From positions 1,721 through 65,720 of the forward strand of contig DASZTF010000010.1 in NCBI GenBank assembly GCA_035548315.1: 64,000 nucleotides of DNA, given 5' to 3'. A program made the translations under genes and the position numbers. Numbering within the stretch: the first letter of the stretch is position 1; each line of letters begins with the position of its first letter. This DNA is from Minisyncoccota bacterium. Lineage in GTDB: Bacteria > Patescibacteriota > Minisyncoccia > Phycocordibacterales > Phycocordibacteraceae. Shown in pieces: positions 28,530 through 37,803 of the stretch. The notes below the pieces were generated by a model that was not told where the DNA came from, did not search any database, and worked only from the letters and a program-made list of their open reading frames with translations.

Positions 28530-29096
28530 ATGGCGGGACACAGCAAATGGGCACAAATTAAGCGAGCGAAGGCGGTGACGGACGCTGCGAGGAGCCGCGT
28601 GTTCTCGCGTTTTGCTCGACTGATTACGCTTGAATCCAAGAAGACCGGCGGGAAAGTAGACTCCCCTACGCTCAAAGCCGTCATCGACCGCGCGAAGGCG
28701 GCGAACATGCCCAAGGACAACATCGAGCGCGCCGTGGCGAAAGGTATTTCCAAAGACTCTGGAGACCTCGAGCAGGTCGTGTATGAAGCATACGGACCAG
28801 GGGGCGTCGCGATTGTCGTCGATGCGCTTACTGATAGCAGGAACCGCACCACGCAGGAAGTGAAGCTGGTATTTACGAAAAACGAAATTGAGATGGCGAC
28901 ACCAGGCAGCGCTTCATGGGCATTCACCAAGTCGTACGAAGGATTCACGGCGAACGAACCGCTCATGGATATCGCGGGCGAAGACGAAGAAAAACTCCAG
29001 AACCTCCTTTCCCAGCTCGATGAGCAGGACGATGTGCAGGCCGTGTACACAAATGCTCGTGGCTATGAATCGACCGCAGAAAGTGAGGGTGAGTAA
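28530..29096 (+). CDS. yebC: YebC/PmpR family protein (short form)
   Basis: MAGHSKWAQIKR, NMPKDNIERA, YEAYGPGG, DDVQ.VYTN. Confidence 0.95.
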   Translation: MAGHSKWAQIKRAKAVTDAARSRVFSRFARLITLESKKTGGKVDSPTLKAVIDRAKAANMPKDNIERAVAKGISKDSGDLEQVVYEAYGPGGVAIVVDALTDSRNRTTQEVKLVFTKNEIEMATPGSASWAFTKSYEGFTANEPLMDIAGEDEEKLQNLLSQLDEQDDVQAVYTNARGYESTAESEGE

Positions 29097-29562
29097 CCGC
29101 GTACTCGCGGTGGACCCAGGATACGACCGACTCGGACTCGCCGTGCTTGAAGGCGACCCGAGTAAACCCACACTCGTGTGGAGCGACTGCGTGACTCCAG
29201 AGAAAGGTGACGCATACGAGCGGCTCGGCGCGGTGCTTGGAGCAGTGGAGAGCGCGATCAAGAAACACAAACCAAATGCGCTCGCGATCGAGACACTGTT
29301 CTTCAGTAAAAATGTGAAGACCGCACTCGGTGTGGCGGAAGCGCGGGGGGCGATACTGGCCGCAGCCGGGAAGGCAGGGCTGCGCGTGATGGAATTCTCC
29401 CCTGCCCATGTGAAGATCGCGGTGACTGGATATGGCAACGCAGATAAAAAGGCCGTGGCGAGTATGGTGCCCAAACTCGTCACGCTTTCAAAAAAGAAGC
29501 GGCTCGACGACGAGCTCGACGCCATCGCCGTGGGCATCGCAGCGTTGCCATCGCTTCGGTAA
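29089..29562 (+). CDS. ruvC: Crossover junction endodeoxyribonuclease RuvC
   Basis: LAVDPG, AIETLFF, AEARG, VK.AVTGYG.ADK, DDELDA; GTG start at 29089. Confidence 0.93.
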   Translation: MSNRVLAVDPGYDRLGLAVLEGDPSKPTLVWSDCVTPEKGDAYERLGAVLGAVESAIKKHKPNALAIETLFFSKNVKTALGVAEARGAILAAAGKAGLRVMEFSPAHVKIAVTGYGNADKKAVASMVPKLVTLSKKKRLDDELDAIAVGIAALPSLR

Positions 29563-29574
29563 CCTTCCCGAGAC

Positions 29575-29668
29575 AGCCGCGGCGCGGAGCAGGCATTGTC
29601 CGAGCAGGGGCTGACTGCCGAGCGGCATGAGCGTACCCTGCGAGGGCGATGCCTGCGGAGCGCCGGCT
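29575..29668 (+). other. Long imperfect hairpin with symmetric GGA/GGA and GA/GA internal loops
   Basis: GGCGC-GGA-GCAGGCATTGTCC-GA-GCAGGG ... CCCTGC-GA-GGGCGATGCCTGC-GGA-GCGCC. Confidence 0.6.
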
Positions 29669-29754
29669 ATCCACACACCGACTTTTACACACTTGCCAAT
29701 GGCAATCGGTTTGAGAAACTAGGGACACTCCGATGCGGAGTTAACTAATTTCAC

Positions 29755-29859
29755 ATGGACGAACAGGACAAGGACATGGGCGACGAGATGGAGAGCGAGG
29801 ACGAGATGGGCGGAGACGCCGATGAGTCCGAGGAAGAAGGCGACGACGCAGCGATGTGA
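29755..29859 (+). CDS. 34-aa hyper-acidic microprotein
   Basis: MDEQDKDMGDEMESEDEMGGDADESEEEGDDAAM*; followed immediately by a terminator. Confidence 0.6.
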   Translation: MDEQDKDMGDEMESEDEMGGDADESEEEGDDAAM

Positions 29860-29861
29860 CC

Positions 29862-29890
29862 AAAAAGCCCCGCACTACGCGGGGCTTTTT
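29862..29890. terminator. Intrinsic terminator
   Basis: AAAAAGCCCCGC-ACTAC-GCGGGGCTTTTT. Confidence 0.85.
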
Positions 29891-29907
29891 CGTGGTAGCA
29901 TGCCCGC

Positions 29908-32040
29908 ATGGCGCGCAAGCACCACCCCATCCGCGATCCGCACCCCGTGCTGAAAATTGTGTTCTTCGCTGTCGGCATCGGACTCGTGCTCGGCGCGCTC
30001 GGCATCCTCTGGATCGCGCTCACCCCTACCCCGGACCTCTCCTCGTTTGAAAATCGTAAGATCACTGAGTCGACCAAGATCTACGACCGCACCGGCACCA
30101 CCGTGCTCTACGACCTCGACACCGACGCCAAGCGCGATAGCGTCTCGCTCTCCGATATCGCACCCAATGTCCAGCACGCGACGATCGCTATCGAGGACGC
30201 TGGGTTCTACCAGCACGGTGGCATCAGCATCACGGGCATCATCCGCTCGCTCATCGCAGACATATTCTCAGGAGGGTTCAGCCAGGGCGGGTCCACCATA
30301 ACCCAGCAGGTGGTGAAGAACACGCTGCTTACCGGTGATAAAAGCATCTCGCGCAAGATCCATGAGTGGATCCTCGCGATCAAACTGGAACAGGTGTACA
30401 GCAAAGACCAAATCCTCGAGTTCTACCTGAACGACACGCCCTACGGCGGCCCCTACTACGGCGTGGAGGCAGCGTCGGAAGCGTTCTTCGGCAAGTCCGC
30501 GAAGGATGTCGACCTCGCAGAGGCCGCATACCTCGCCGCGCTCCCCCAGGCACCCACCTACTACTCGCCGTATGGCGATAACCGCGCCGCGCTCGACGCA
30601 CGCAAGAACACCGTACTCGACCGCATGCTCGAGCTCGGCTACATCACGCAGGACGAGCGCGACCAGGCGAAGGCAGAAGTAGTGGCGTTCAACCCGCAGT
30701 CATCATCCTCCATCATCGCGCCGCACTTCGTCTTCTACATCGAGCAGTACCTCGAGAATAAATACGGGCCAGACGCCGTCGATAGCGGGCTCAAGGTGAT
30801 CACCACGCTCGATACCGACCTCCAGCACGATGTGGAGACCACCGTCGCGCAGTACGCACCGGGGAATCTCAAGAATTTCAAAGCAAGCAATGAAGCCGTC
30901 GTGGCAATCGATCCCAAGACCGGTCAGATACTCGCGATGCTCGGTAGTAAGAATTACTTCGACCCGACAATCGACGGTAATTACAACTCCGCGCTGGCTA
31001 ATCGCCAGCCAGGATCGTCCTTCAAGCCATTCGTGTATGCGGCTGCGCTCGCCAAGGGCTACACGCCAGACACGGCGATATTCGACTTGCCCACGCAGTT
31101 CTCCACCTCCTGCTCGCCGACCGACAACACGAACGACACCCCGCCCTGCTATTCTCCGAGCGACTACGATGGAAAGTTCCGTGGCCCGATGACATTCACC
31201 ACCGCGCTCGCGCAGTCGATCAACGTCCCGGCGGTGAAGGTGCTCTACCTCGCGGGTATCCAGAACGTGATCAATCTCGCCACCGCTGCGGGTATCAGTA
31301 CGCTCGACACACCCGCGCACTACGGCCTCTCGCTCGCGCTCGGTGCGGCAGAAGTGAAACTGCTCGATCTCACCGACGCCTACGCGACGCTCGCGAATGG
31401 CGGCGTACATAATCCGCCGACCGGCATCCTCTCGGTCACGGACGCAAGCGGCAATGTGCTCGAGCAGTACCAGCCCCAGCAGACACAGGTGATCGACCCG
31501 AGTGTGGCCGCGGGTGTGTCGTCGATGCTCTCGAATAACGCAGCACGCTTCCCCGAATATCCACCGGATAACCCGCTCAATTTCAGCGGCTACGACGTGG
31601 CCGTGAAGACGGGTACGACGAACGACTACCGCGACGCATGGACCGTGGGCTACTCGCCGAACATCGTGATCGGTGCGTGGGCGGGTAACAATGACAACAG
31701 CCCGATGGTGAAGGAAATCGCAGGGTACATCGTGGCGCCGATGTGGCACGCCATCATGGCGCAGGCGCTCGCCAAGTATCCGGTCGCATATTTCGACCAG
31801 CCACCAGCCACGCCGCAGGATGCAAAGCCCGTGTTCTTCGGTAACTACTCCGCGAGCGGCGTCCACAGCCTGCTCTACTATGTGAACCGCAGCGATCCCA
31901 CCGGCCCCACGCCGTCATTCCCCGCGAGCGATCCGCAGTACACCTACTGGGAATACCCTGTCCAGCTCTGGGCCGCTGGCAATCCCGGCGCTGCGCAGCA
32001 GAATCAAAACCAGTTCACCTCAACTACGACCGGTCAGTAG
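29908..32040 (+). CDS. Class A penicillin-binding protein (transglycosylase/transpeptidase)
   Basis: EDAGFYQHGG, GGSTITQQ, RKIHE, SSFK, SIN, KTGT. Confidence 0.95.
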   Translation: MARKHHPIRDPHPVLKIVFFAVGIGLVLGALGILWIALTPTPDLSSFENRKITESTKIYDRTGTTVLYDLDTDAKRDSVSLSDIAPNVQHATIAIEDAGFYQHGGISITGIIRSLIADIFSGGFSQGGSTITQQVVKNTLLTGDKSISRKIHEWILAIKLEQVYSKDQILEFYLNDTPYGGPYYGVEAASEAFFGKSAKDVDLAEAAYLAALPQAPTYYSPYGDNRAALDARKNTVLDRMLELGYITQDERDQAKAEVVAFNPQSSSSIIAPHFVFYIEQYLENKYGPDAVDSGLKVITTLDTDLQHDVETTVAQYAPGNLKNFKASNEAVVAIDPKTGQILAMLGSKNYFDPTIDGNYNSALANRQPGSSFKPFVYAAALAKGYTPDTAIFDLPTQFSTSCSPTDNTNDTPPCYSPSDYDGKFRGPMTFTTALAQSINVPAVKVLYLAGIQNVINLATAAGISTLDTPAHYGLSLALGAAEVKLLDLTDAYATLANGGVHNPPTGILSVTDASGNVLEQYQPQQTQVIDPSVAAGVSSMLSNNAARFPEYPPDNPLNFSGYDVAVKTGTTNDYRDAWTVGYSPNIVIGAWAGNNDNSPMVKEIAGYIVAPMWHAIMAQALAKYPVAYFDQPPATPQDAKPVFFGNYSASGVHSLLYYVNRSDPTGPTPSFPASDPQYTYWEYPVQLWAAGNPGAAQQNQNQFTSTTTGQ

Positions 32041-32041
32041 G

Positions 32042-32614
32042 TTAGTTGCTTCTAGCAGCCGCCTTCTTCCAACCACCTCTAAGAGTCAGCGAGTCTGGTT
32101 TCTGGTAAATAATTTTGGCCATACTTATTAATTTCTGATTGACGGTCAACCCCCATCCCTTCATGCCACCGTTCCAATACTTCAAGGCCATAAATTGATC
32201 CCAAGTTAGCTCAAGGATTAAGTCTGCCTGTAGGTCCCGGTCGAGGACAACAATTACCACGTACTCGAATTTCTGTTCTGTCGGTTCTTGATGACTTTCG
32301 GCAAGACCGGCAAATATTCCCGTGTTCACGGTCTTTTGCGAAACAGTTTTTATGGTATACCGCTTCCCCTCTCCACTAAGAGCGTCGACGTTCTTAGTTA
32401 GCTCTCGTGCTGCTTGGAGTTTCGGGAGGCCTATTGTCTCTTTGTAAGCCTTTATCGCCAGAAACTCTCCGCGCTCGCCTGTTATATTGCGCGTTCGGAC
32501 CAACTTTCTATCCCTTAACTCTTGAACTAGGTGCGCGTATAAACCCCAAACCGTATCATCAGAAACTTTTGCTACTTCCTTCTTCAAATTCTCGAGTTCG
32601 AGATTTTTGCTCAT
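32042..32614 (-). CDS. AT-rich hypothetical protein, possible PD-(D/E)xK nuclease fold
   Basis: GERGE...NVDA.....RYTIK pattern; ATGA overlap with dnaN. Confidence 0.55.
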   Translation of the reverse strand: MSKNLELENLKKEVAKVSDDTVWGLYAHLVQELRDRKLVRTRNITGERGEFLAIKAYKETIGLPKLQAARELTKNVDALSGEGKRYTIKTVSQKTVNTGIFAGLAESHQEPTEQKFEYVVIVVLDRDLQADLILELTWDQFMALKYWNGGMKGWGLTVNQKLISMAKIIYQKPDSLTLRGGWKKAAARSN

Positions 32615-33711
32615 TGATTCATCGGCATTACTAAGTAGAGGAAGGAGGCGTCGCCTTGGCCACGGATGACGAGGGGGCGCCCGATACCGCCTGAGGAGAG
32701 GGTGAGGTTCTCGGTAGAGATGAGCGGGAGCGGCGCGGCGAGGTACCGGTGGTTGAATGAGAGCTCGACTCCCTCCCCCGTGGTGGCTGCAGCGATGTCC
32801 TCACTCGACTCGCCCACGTCGGAATTGCGCGAGGAGAACACAAGGTGCTTGCCTTTTATATCGAACCCAAGCCGCACCTTCTGGAATGAGTCTGAGAACA
32901 CCGACACGCGGCGCACTGCCGCTTCAAAGTCCTTCCGGAGCACCGTCGCTTCCGCAGCAAAGTGCTTCGGGATGATCTGGGTGTAGTCCGGGTACTGCGC
33001 CGCGACGAGGCGCGTCGTGATCACCCCTCCCTTCCATGCGCACGCGCACTGGTGTTCATCCACCGTGAGAGTCACGTCTACACCCTCTGGAAGCGTCCCT
33101 AGGATGTCTGCCGCATTCTTTGCAGGGATGAGTACTTTAAATGGTTTACCGCCCTTTTCCGCCGGAATTTTCTTCTCTGAGAGGCGGAATGAGTCTGATG
33201 CCGCCGCGATAAGCATGCCGCCCTCGCTCGCAAGCATCACACTCGCGAGTTCTGGGCGCACGGTGGAGGTCGACGCACACGCTACTACCGAGCCGATAAG
33301 GCTCCCGAGCGTGCTCGAGGGTAGGGTGAAAGTGAGGTCGCCGGACTTGGGTATAGGAATGACTGGGAAATCCTCGGCGGGGAGTGTCTTGAGGGTGCTT
33401 TTCCCCGCGCCCGTGATGACGGCAGTGTCCCCCGCGTGCTCGATGGTGATAGAGCCCGAGCCGGAAAGAGATCCTGCCACCTCGCGGAGGATATTGGCCG
33501 GGAGTACCATCACTCCCTCACTCTTGATCAAGCCCTCGACCCGCAGGTCGATACCGGTCTCGAGGTTCGTAGCGCGCATTTTGATGCCGTCATCCCCTGC
33601 GACAATCGCAATGCCTGAAAGCGCAGGAAGGGTCGCCGAGCGCCGCTCCGCGAATCGAGCTGCGATGTGGACTGCGTCTTTGAATGCATTTTTTTCTATA
33701 GTGATAACCAT
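32611..33711 (-). CDS. dnaN: DNA polymerase III beta clamp
   Basis: ATNLE, RPELASV, SDSFRL, YPDY, LVMPM. Confidence 0.96.
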   Translation of the reverse strand: MVITIEKNAFKDAVHIAARFAERRSATLPALSGIAIVAGDDGIKMRATNLETGIDLRVEGLIKSEGVMVLPANILREVAGSLSGSGSITIEHAGDTAVITGAGKSTLKTLPAEDFPVIPIPKSGDLTFTLPSSTLGSLIGSVVACASTSTVRPELASVMLASEGGMLIAAASDSFRLSEKKIPAEKGGKPFKVLIPAKNAADILGTLPEGVDVTLTVDEHQCACAWKGGVITTRLVAAQYPDYTQIIPKHFAAEATVLRKDFEAAVRRVSVFSDSFQKVRLGFDIKGKHLVFSSRNSDVGESSEDIAAATTGEGVELSFNHRYLAAPLPLISTENLTLSSGGIGRPLVIRGQGDASFLYLVMPMNQ

Positions 33712-33927
33712 ACCTATGTTTATTATTAGGGGTGTTGATATGGGGAGAACCCAATTTCACGGCTTATTTCCAAGCTATCCTGGCGACTCTCTATTTGATA
33801 ACTCACGGAAAGAGCTGGGACAGCACTGGGGAAACTTTCACCCGACCCCATGGTCCTTAGAAAACCCCTCATTTCTTCCCCACCCGTTTTCATCATTGTC
33901 CGCAGGTTTTCCATACCATTATCCCCA
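33712..33927. other. Probable oriC (dnaA-dnaN intergenic)
   Basis: DnaA-box-like 9-mers (TTATCCCCA 33919, TTTTCCATA 33907, TTGTCCGCA 33896, TGGGGAGAA 33741, TGTTGATAT 33733) plus CCCC-TAATAATAA trio-like tract beside dnaN. Confidence 0.75.
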
Positions 33928-35274
33928 TCATACCAACAGCCCACGCACGTTCTGTATCTCCTTCGCAAGCACGGCGTCCTCGGCTACCTCCTTCTTTATT
34001 TTCTCGCAGGAGTGGATCACGGTCGTGTGGTCCCTACCCCCGAGCTTGGTCCCGATCGCGGGATAAGAGACGTTGAAGTCCTCGCGCAGGATGTACATGA
34101 TCACCTGGCGCGGGCGCACAATCTCCTTACGCCGTGTCTTTTCATAGATCGATTCCTCATCGATGCCGTAGAATTCCGCCACCTTCGATACTACGTTCTT
34201 AATCGACACCGTCTTTGCAGGGCGCGAGAAGGAGCGCAGCGACTGGCGGATCTCAGCGAGATCGGGCGCGGTACCCTTCACCTGCGCGTGGCACACCACT
34301 GAATTGATCACACCCTCGAGTTCGCGGATCGAACCTGGGACCGAGGTCGCGATGTACTCGATGACGTCTTCCCCAAGCGTAATGCCATGGATAGCGACCT
34401 TTTTCCGTACGATGGCGATGCGGCTCTCAGTATCGGGTTCCCCGATATCGATGGTCATACCGCTCGCGAGGCGCCCGCGCAGGCGCTCGGCGATATCAGG
34501 GATGGACGCGGGCGATCTATCGGACGAGAAGATGATCTGCTTGTTGTTGTCGTAGAGGGCGTTGAAGAGGTGGAAGAGCTCCTCCTGCATTTTTTCTTTC
34601 TTCGAGAGGAACTGGATGTCGTCCATGATAAGGAGGTCGTACTGGCGGTACTTCTCCTTGAAACGGTTGGCGGTACCGGAGCCGATCGAGTCGGTGTAGT
34701 CGACGCCGAACTTCTCCGAGGTGAGATAGAAGACCTTTCTGTTGGGATAGAGCTTCTTGTACTGGTTCCCGATGGCCTGGATGAGGTGGGTCTTACCGCG
34801 CCCCGTGTCTCCGTAGAGGAAGAGTGGGTTGTAGGTGATCCCGGGGCGGTTGATCGCTGCCTCTGCTGCCTTGTACGCGAGTTCATTAAAGGCGCCGATC
34901 ACGAACGTATCGAAGGTGTAGCGGGGGTTGAGGTTGTCGCTCTTATTAATATAGAACTCGTCGAGCGGGAGTTTGCTCTCTTCTCGGGAGACCTTTACTT
35001 CCTTGGGTTTGCGGCGGTCGTCTTTGACGATGAGGTACTCGATATTGCGGTACTCATACGACACGGTGCGGACGATCTTGAGAAGGAGGGTATGAAACTT
35101 CCGGAGGTACCAGTCCCGGAAGAACTGGCTCGGGACGCCTACGTAGACGATGCCGTCCTCGATTTTCACTATGGAGGAGTCGCGGAACCAGGTGTTGAAG
35201 TTCGCTGGACTGACCGAGAGCTCTACCTGGGTGAGCATATGTTCCCAGAGTTCTCGAGGGTCGGAGCGATTCAT
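33928..35274 (-). CDS. dnaA: Chromosomal replication initiator DnaA
   Basis: [43 protein letters not shown]. Confidence 0.98.
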   Translation of the reverse strand: MNRSDPRELWEHMLTQVELSVSPANFNTWFRDSSIVKIEDGIVYVGVPSQFFRDWYLRKFHTLLLKIVRTVSYEYRNIEYLIVKDDRRKPKEVKVSREESKLPLDEFYINKSDNLNPRYTFDTFVIGAFNELAYKAAEAAINRPGITYNPLFLYGDTGRGKTHLIQAIGNQYKKLYPNRKVFYLTSEKFGVDYTDSIGSGTANRFKEKYRQYDLLIMDDIQFLSKKEKMQEELFHLFNALYDNNKQIIFSSDRSPASIPDIAERLRGRLASGMTIDIGEPDTESRIAIVRKKVAIHGITLGEDVIEYIATSVPGSIRELEGVINSVVCHAQVKGTAPDLAEIRQSLRSFSRPAKTVSIKNVVSKVAEFYGIDEESIYEKTRRKEIVRPRQVIMYILREDFNVSYPAIGTKLGGRDHTTVIHSCEKIKKEVAEDAVLAKEIQNVRGLLV

Positions 35275-35361
35275 GCCCCGTCATTATACGCTTGCCGCTC
35301 ACAAGCGAAAGCCCGAGCTTTCTTGCGTACCGGTGGGGAAACTGTTAACATCCTGTGCATA

Positions 35362-35499
35362 ATGGCGAAGCGAACATACCAGCCCAAGAAACGGAAGCGC
35401 GCTCGCACGCACGGCTATCGCAGCCGCGCGACGTCCTCGACGGGTCGCCGGGTCATCTCCCGTCGCCGCCGCAAGGGCCGCGCTCGCCTCACGGTCTAG
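35362..35499 (+). CDS. rpmH: 50S ribosomal protein L34
   Basis: [22 protein letters not shown]...[12 protein letters not shown]. Confidence 0.97.
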   Translation: MAKRTYQPKKRKRARTHGYRSRATSSTGRRVISRRRRKGRARLTV

Positions 35500-35502
35500 C
35501 CT

Positions 35503-35814
35503 ATGCTGAAACGGACCTCCCGCCTCCCGCGGGAGGGCTTTCAGTCTGTCGCAGGGGGAAGGCGCCTTATTGCGCCGCATTTCAGCATTTCCTACCGCCC
35601 TGGGGCTGGCCAGGGGGCCGTGGTGGTGTCTAAGAAGGCCGCGCCCAAGTCCGTGGATCGCCACCTGGTGAAGCGTCGGGTCATGGACCTCATCCGCCCC
35701 CACATCGGGCACGGGGTATCGTTCATCGTCTATGCTCGCAAGGGCGCCGCTGCCCTGCCCTTCCGCGCTATCCGCGGGGAACTTGAGCCCTTATTTGCTA
35801 CACTGCACGTATGA
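35503..35814 (+). CDS. rnpA: RNase P protein component
   Basis: VVVSKK...SV.RH.VKRR motif; rpmH-rnpA-yidC synteny. Confidence 0.88.
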   Translation: MLKRTSRLPREGFQSVAGGRRLIAPHFSISYRPGAGQGAVVVSKKAAPKSVDRHLVKRRVMDLIRPHIGHGVSFIVYARKGAAALPFRAIRGELEPLFATLHV

Positions 35815-36563
35815 TCGGCGCGCTCTTCCACACCTACCTCAGCATCCCTATCTATAACCTCCTCGTATTTTTTATCGGCATCATGCCTGGCGGCGATGTG
35901 GGTCTTGCCGTAATCGCAGTCACGCTCGTGGTGAAGATCATCATCCTCCCCCTTTCCTACTCTGCGGTGCGCACCCAGCGCGCGATGAAAGTGATCGAGC
36001 CCGAGCTCGCGGCTATCAAGGAAAAGTTCAAGAACGACAGCGGCGAACAAGCCCGCGAGCAGTTCGCGCTTTATAAAAAGTACAAAATCAATCCATTCGC
36101 AAGTTTCTTCACGCTGCTCATCCAGCTCCCCATCCTGCTCGCGCTTTACTGGGTATTCCGCGGTGAGGCGCTCCCCGCGATCGACGTGACCTCGCTCTAT
36201 TCATTCGTCTCGATTCCGGTCCACATCTCTACACAGCTGCTTGGCGTGTTCTTGGTCGTGGGCAAGAGCATCACGCTCGCGGTGCTCGCGGGCATCACGC
36301 AGTACCTCCAGGCGGTGTTCGCGATACCCACGCCACCTAAGACCAAGAACGGCGGCATGACCGAAGACTTTGGTCGTGCGATGGCGATGCAGGCACGTTT
36401 TGTGATCCCGTTCATCATCGCGCTCGTGTCCTATGAGACTTCAGGTGCCGTCGCGCTATACTTCGTCACGAGCAATATCGTGACACTCTTCCAGGAATTT
36501 CTCGTGCGCAAGCGCCCGCTCATCCCGCACACGGCCCGCACGGTAGAGGCAGTAGAAGTTTAA
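35811..36563 (+). CDS. yidC: Membrane protein insertase YidC/Oxa1
   Basis: GLAVI..T..VK.I.LPL, LYK..KINP, LLIQLPIL, ALYF.TSN. Confidence 0.93.
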   Translation: MIGALFHTYLSIPIYNLLVFFIGIMPGGDVGLAVIAVTLVVKIIILPLSYSAVRTQRAMKVIEPELAAIKEKFKNDSGEQAREQFALYKKYKINPFASFFTLLIQLPILLALYWVFRGEALPAIDVTSLYSFVSIPVHISTQLLGVFLVVGKSITLAVLAGITQYLQAVFAIPTPPKTKNGGMTEDFGRAMAMQARFVIPFIIALVSYETSGAVALYFVTSNIVTLFQEFLVRKRPLIPHTARTVEAVEV

Positions 36564-37801
36564 AGGCTGTACGCCCAGAGCGTATCATCGCGCTTGTTCA
36601 TGAACACGAGCGTGCTTTCGTTCGCGTCGATCGTGAGGGAGACCGCGTCGATGGGTGCGGAGACGAGCGTGGGCAGGTCGGCGACCTGGGTCGCGACGCG
36701 TGCCGTGAAGTCTATTTTCCAGATGCGGTCGGTGAACGCCGTGGTGCCGAGGTACCAGTCATCGGGAAGCGTGCCCGTGGGCACCGAGACCGGTGACGCG
36801 CAGAAGGCGCTCGCGCCGTCTGGAGCCCACACGCATTTATCAGTGAAAGTAGAGAGCGGAAGTAGCGTCGTGGCGTGGTTACTCGTATCATAGTATGCCA
36901 GACGCACTACGCCACTGCCGTCTACGTAGCTCATGAGGATGCGGGTACCGGACGGGCTCGGCAGCACAGAGAGGCCTTTCAAGGGGCCGAGGATAGAGGT
37001 GAAAACACCCGTCTTTTGGTTCACCAGGAATGCGTAACCATTTAAGTTCGCAGAGGGTTTCGTGTAGGCGACCATTGCGCCTGCGGAGCTGCGTACGGTG
37101 ATAGCGGAAAGTTGCGAGGTAAAGAGTACGGTCGGATTCATGCCGTCGGGCTGCTCGAGGTAGCCGATGGAGCCGGCGCTATTGGGTGAGAGGGTGAACA
37201 CACTCGTTAGGTTCTGCGGAATCACTTGCATGAGGTCTTCGGCGAGGAATGCGCCATCGCTGCCGTCCGCGGGGAGTTCATAGGTATTCACGTGCTCGTC
37301 GCTTCCCTGCCCTGGCGTGATGAAGCGCAAGAACGCCGCGGTGCCATTCGGGAGCCAGCTTACTTCCTGCACGCCCGGTACGGTGTGATTGGTGAGCCGC
37401 GTCGACGCGTTTGACGCGGTTGAGTACTCATACATATTTCCGCTCTCTCGATCGATATAGCGCACCGCCGCGCCCGTGGTGACCTCGCTCGTCGATGCCG
37501 TTGTGCTAGCTACAGGGTCAAGCACGATGAATCCTTTCCCGACCGGTGCATTAGTGACCTGGACCAGTTTCGGTGCGACCTGTGCGGGGATGTTGCCGCT
37601 CTCGCTCGTCCCGGTGTCGCCAGGAGCGCTGGCGTTGCCGGTATTCGTGGCCGCACTGCCCGAATCGCCAAATGGATTACCCGACGACGCGGTGTCCGCG
37701 GTGAGCGTAGGCCCCGGCTTGTAGAAGAAGAAAAAGTACACGCCGGCAATGATCCCGAGGACGACGACCGTAGTGGCGGTGATGGCGACGATTTGTTTCA
37801 T
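36560..37801 (-). CDS. Membrane-anchored extracellular protein, probable beta-propeller
   Basis: N-terminal TM, low-complexity linker, beta-rich repeats (KCVW...FCA.P, PDDWY.G). Confidence 0.7.
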   Translation of the reverse strand: MKQIVAITATTVVVLGIIAGVYFFFFYKPGPTLTADTASSGNPFGDSGSAATNTGNASAPGDTGTSESGNIPAQVAPKLVQVTNAPVGKGFIVLDPVASTTASTSEVTTGAAVRYIDRESGNMYEYSTASNASTRLTNHTVPGVQEVSWLPNGTAAFLRFITPGQGSDEHVNTYELPADGSDGAFLAEDLMQVIPQNLTSVFTLSPNSAGSIGYLEQPDGMNPTVLFTSQLSAITVRSSAGAMVAYTKPSANLNGYAFLVNQKTGVFTSILGPLKGLSVLPSPSGTRILMSYVDGSGVVRLAYYDTSNHATTLLPLSTFTDKCVWAPDGASAFCASPVSVPTGTLPDDWYLGTTAFTDRIWKIDFTARVATQVADLPTLVSAPIDAVSLTIDANESTLVFMNKRDDTLWAYSL

Positions 37802-37803
37802 AG

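Noticed and set aside
29575-29668. SRP (4.5S) RNA
   Set aside because: It lacks the conserved helix-8 GNRA tetraloop and the CAGG/AGCA internal-loop motif.
34387-35361. 370-aa + strand ORF 34387..35499 in the track
   Set aside because: It is the antisense shadow of dnaA; only the last 45 codons (rpmH) are real.
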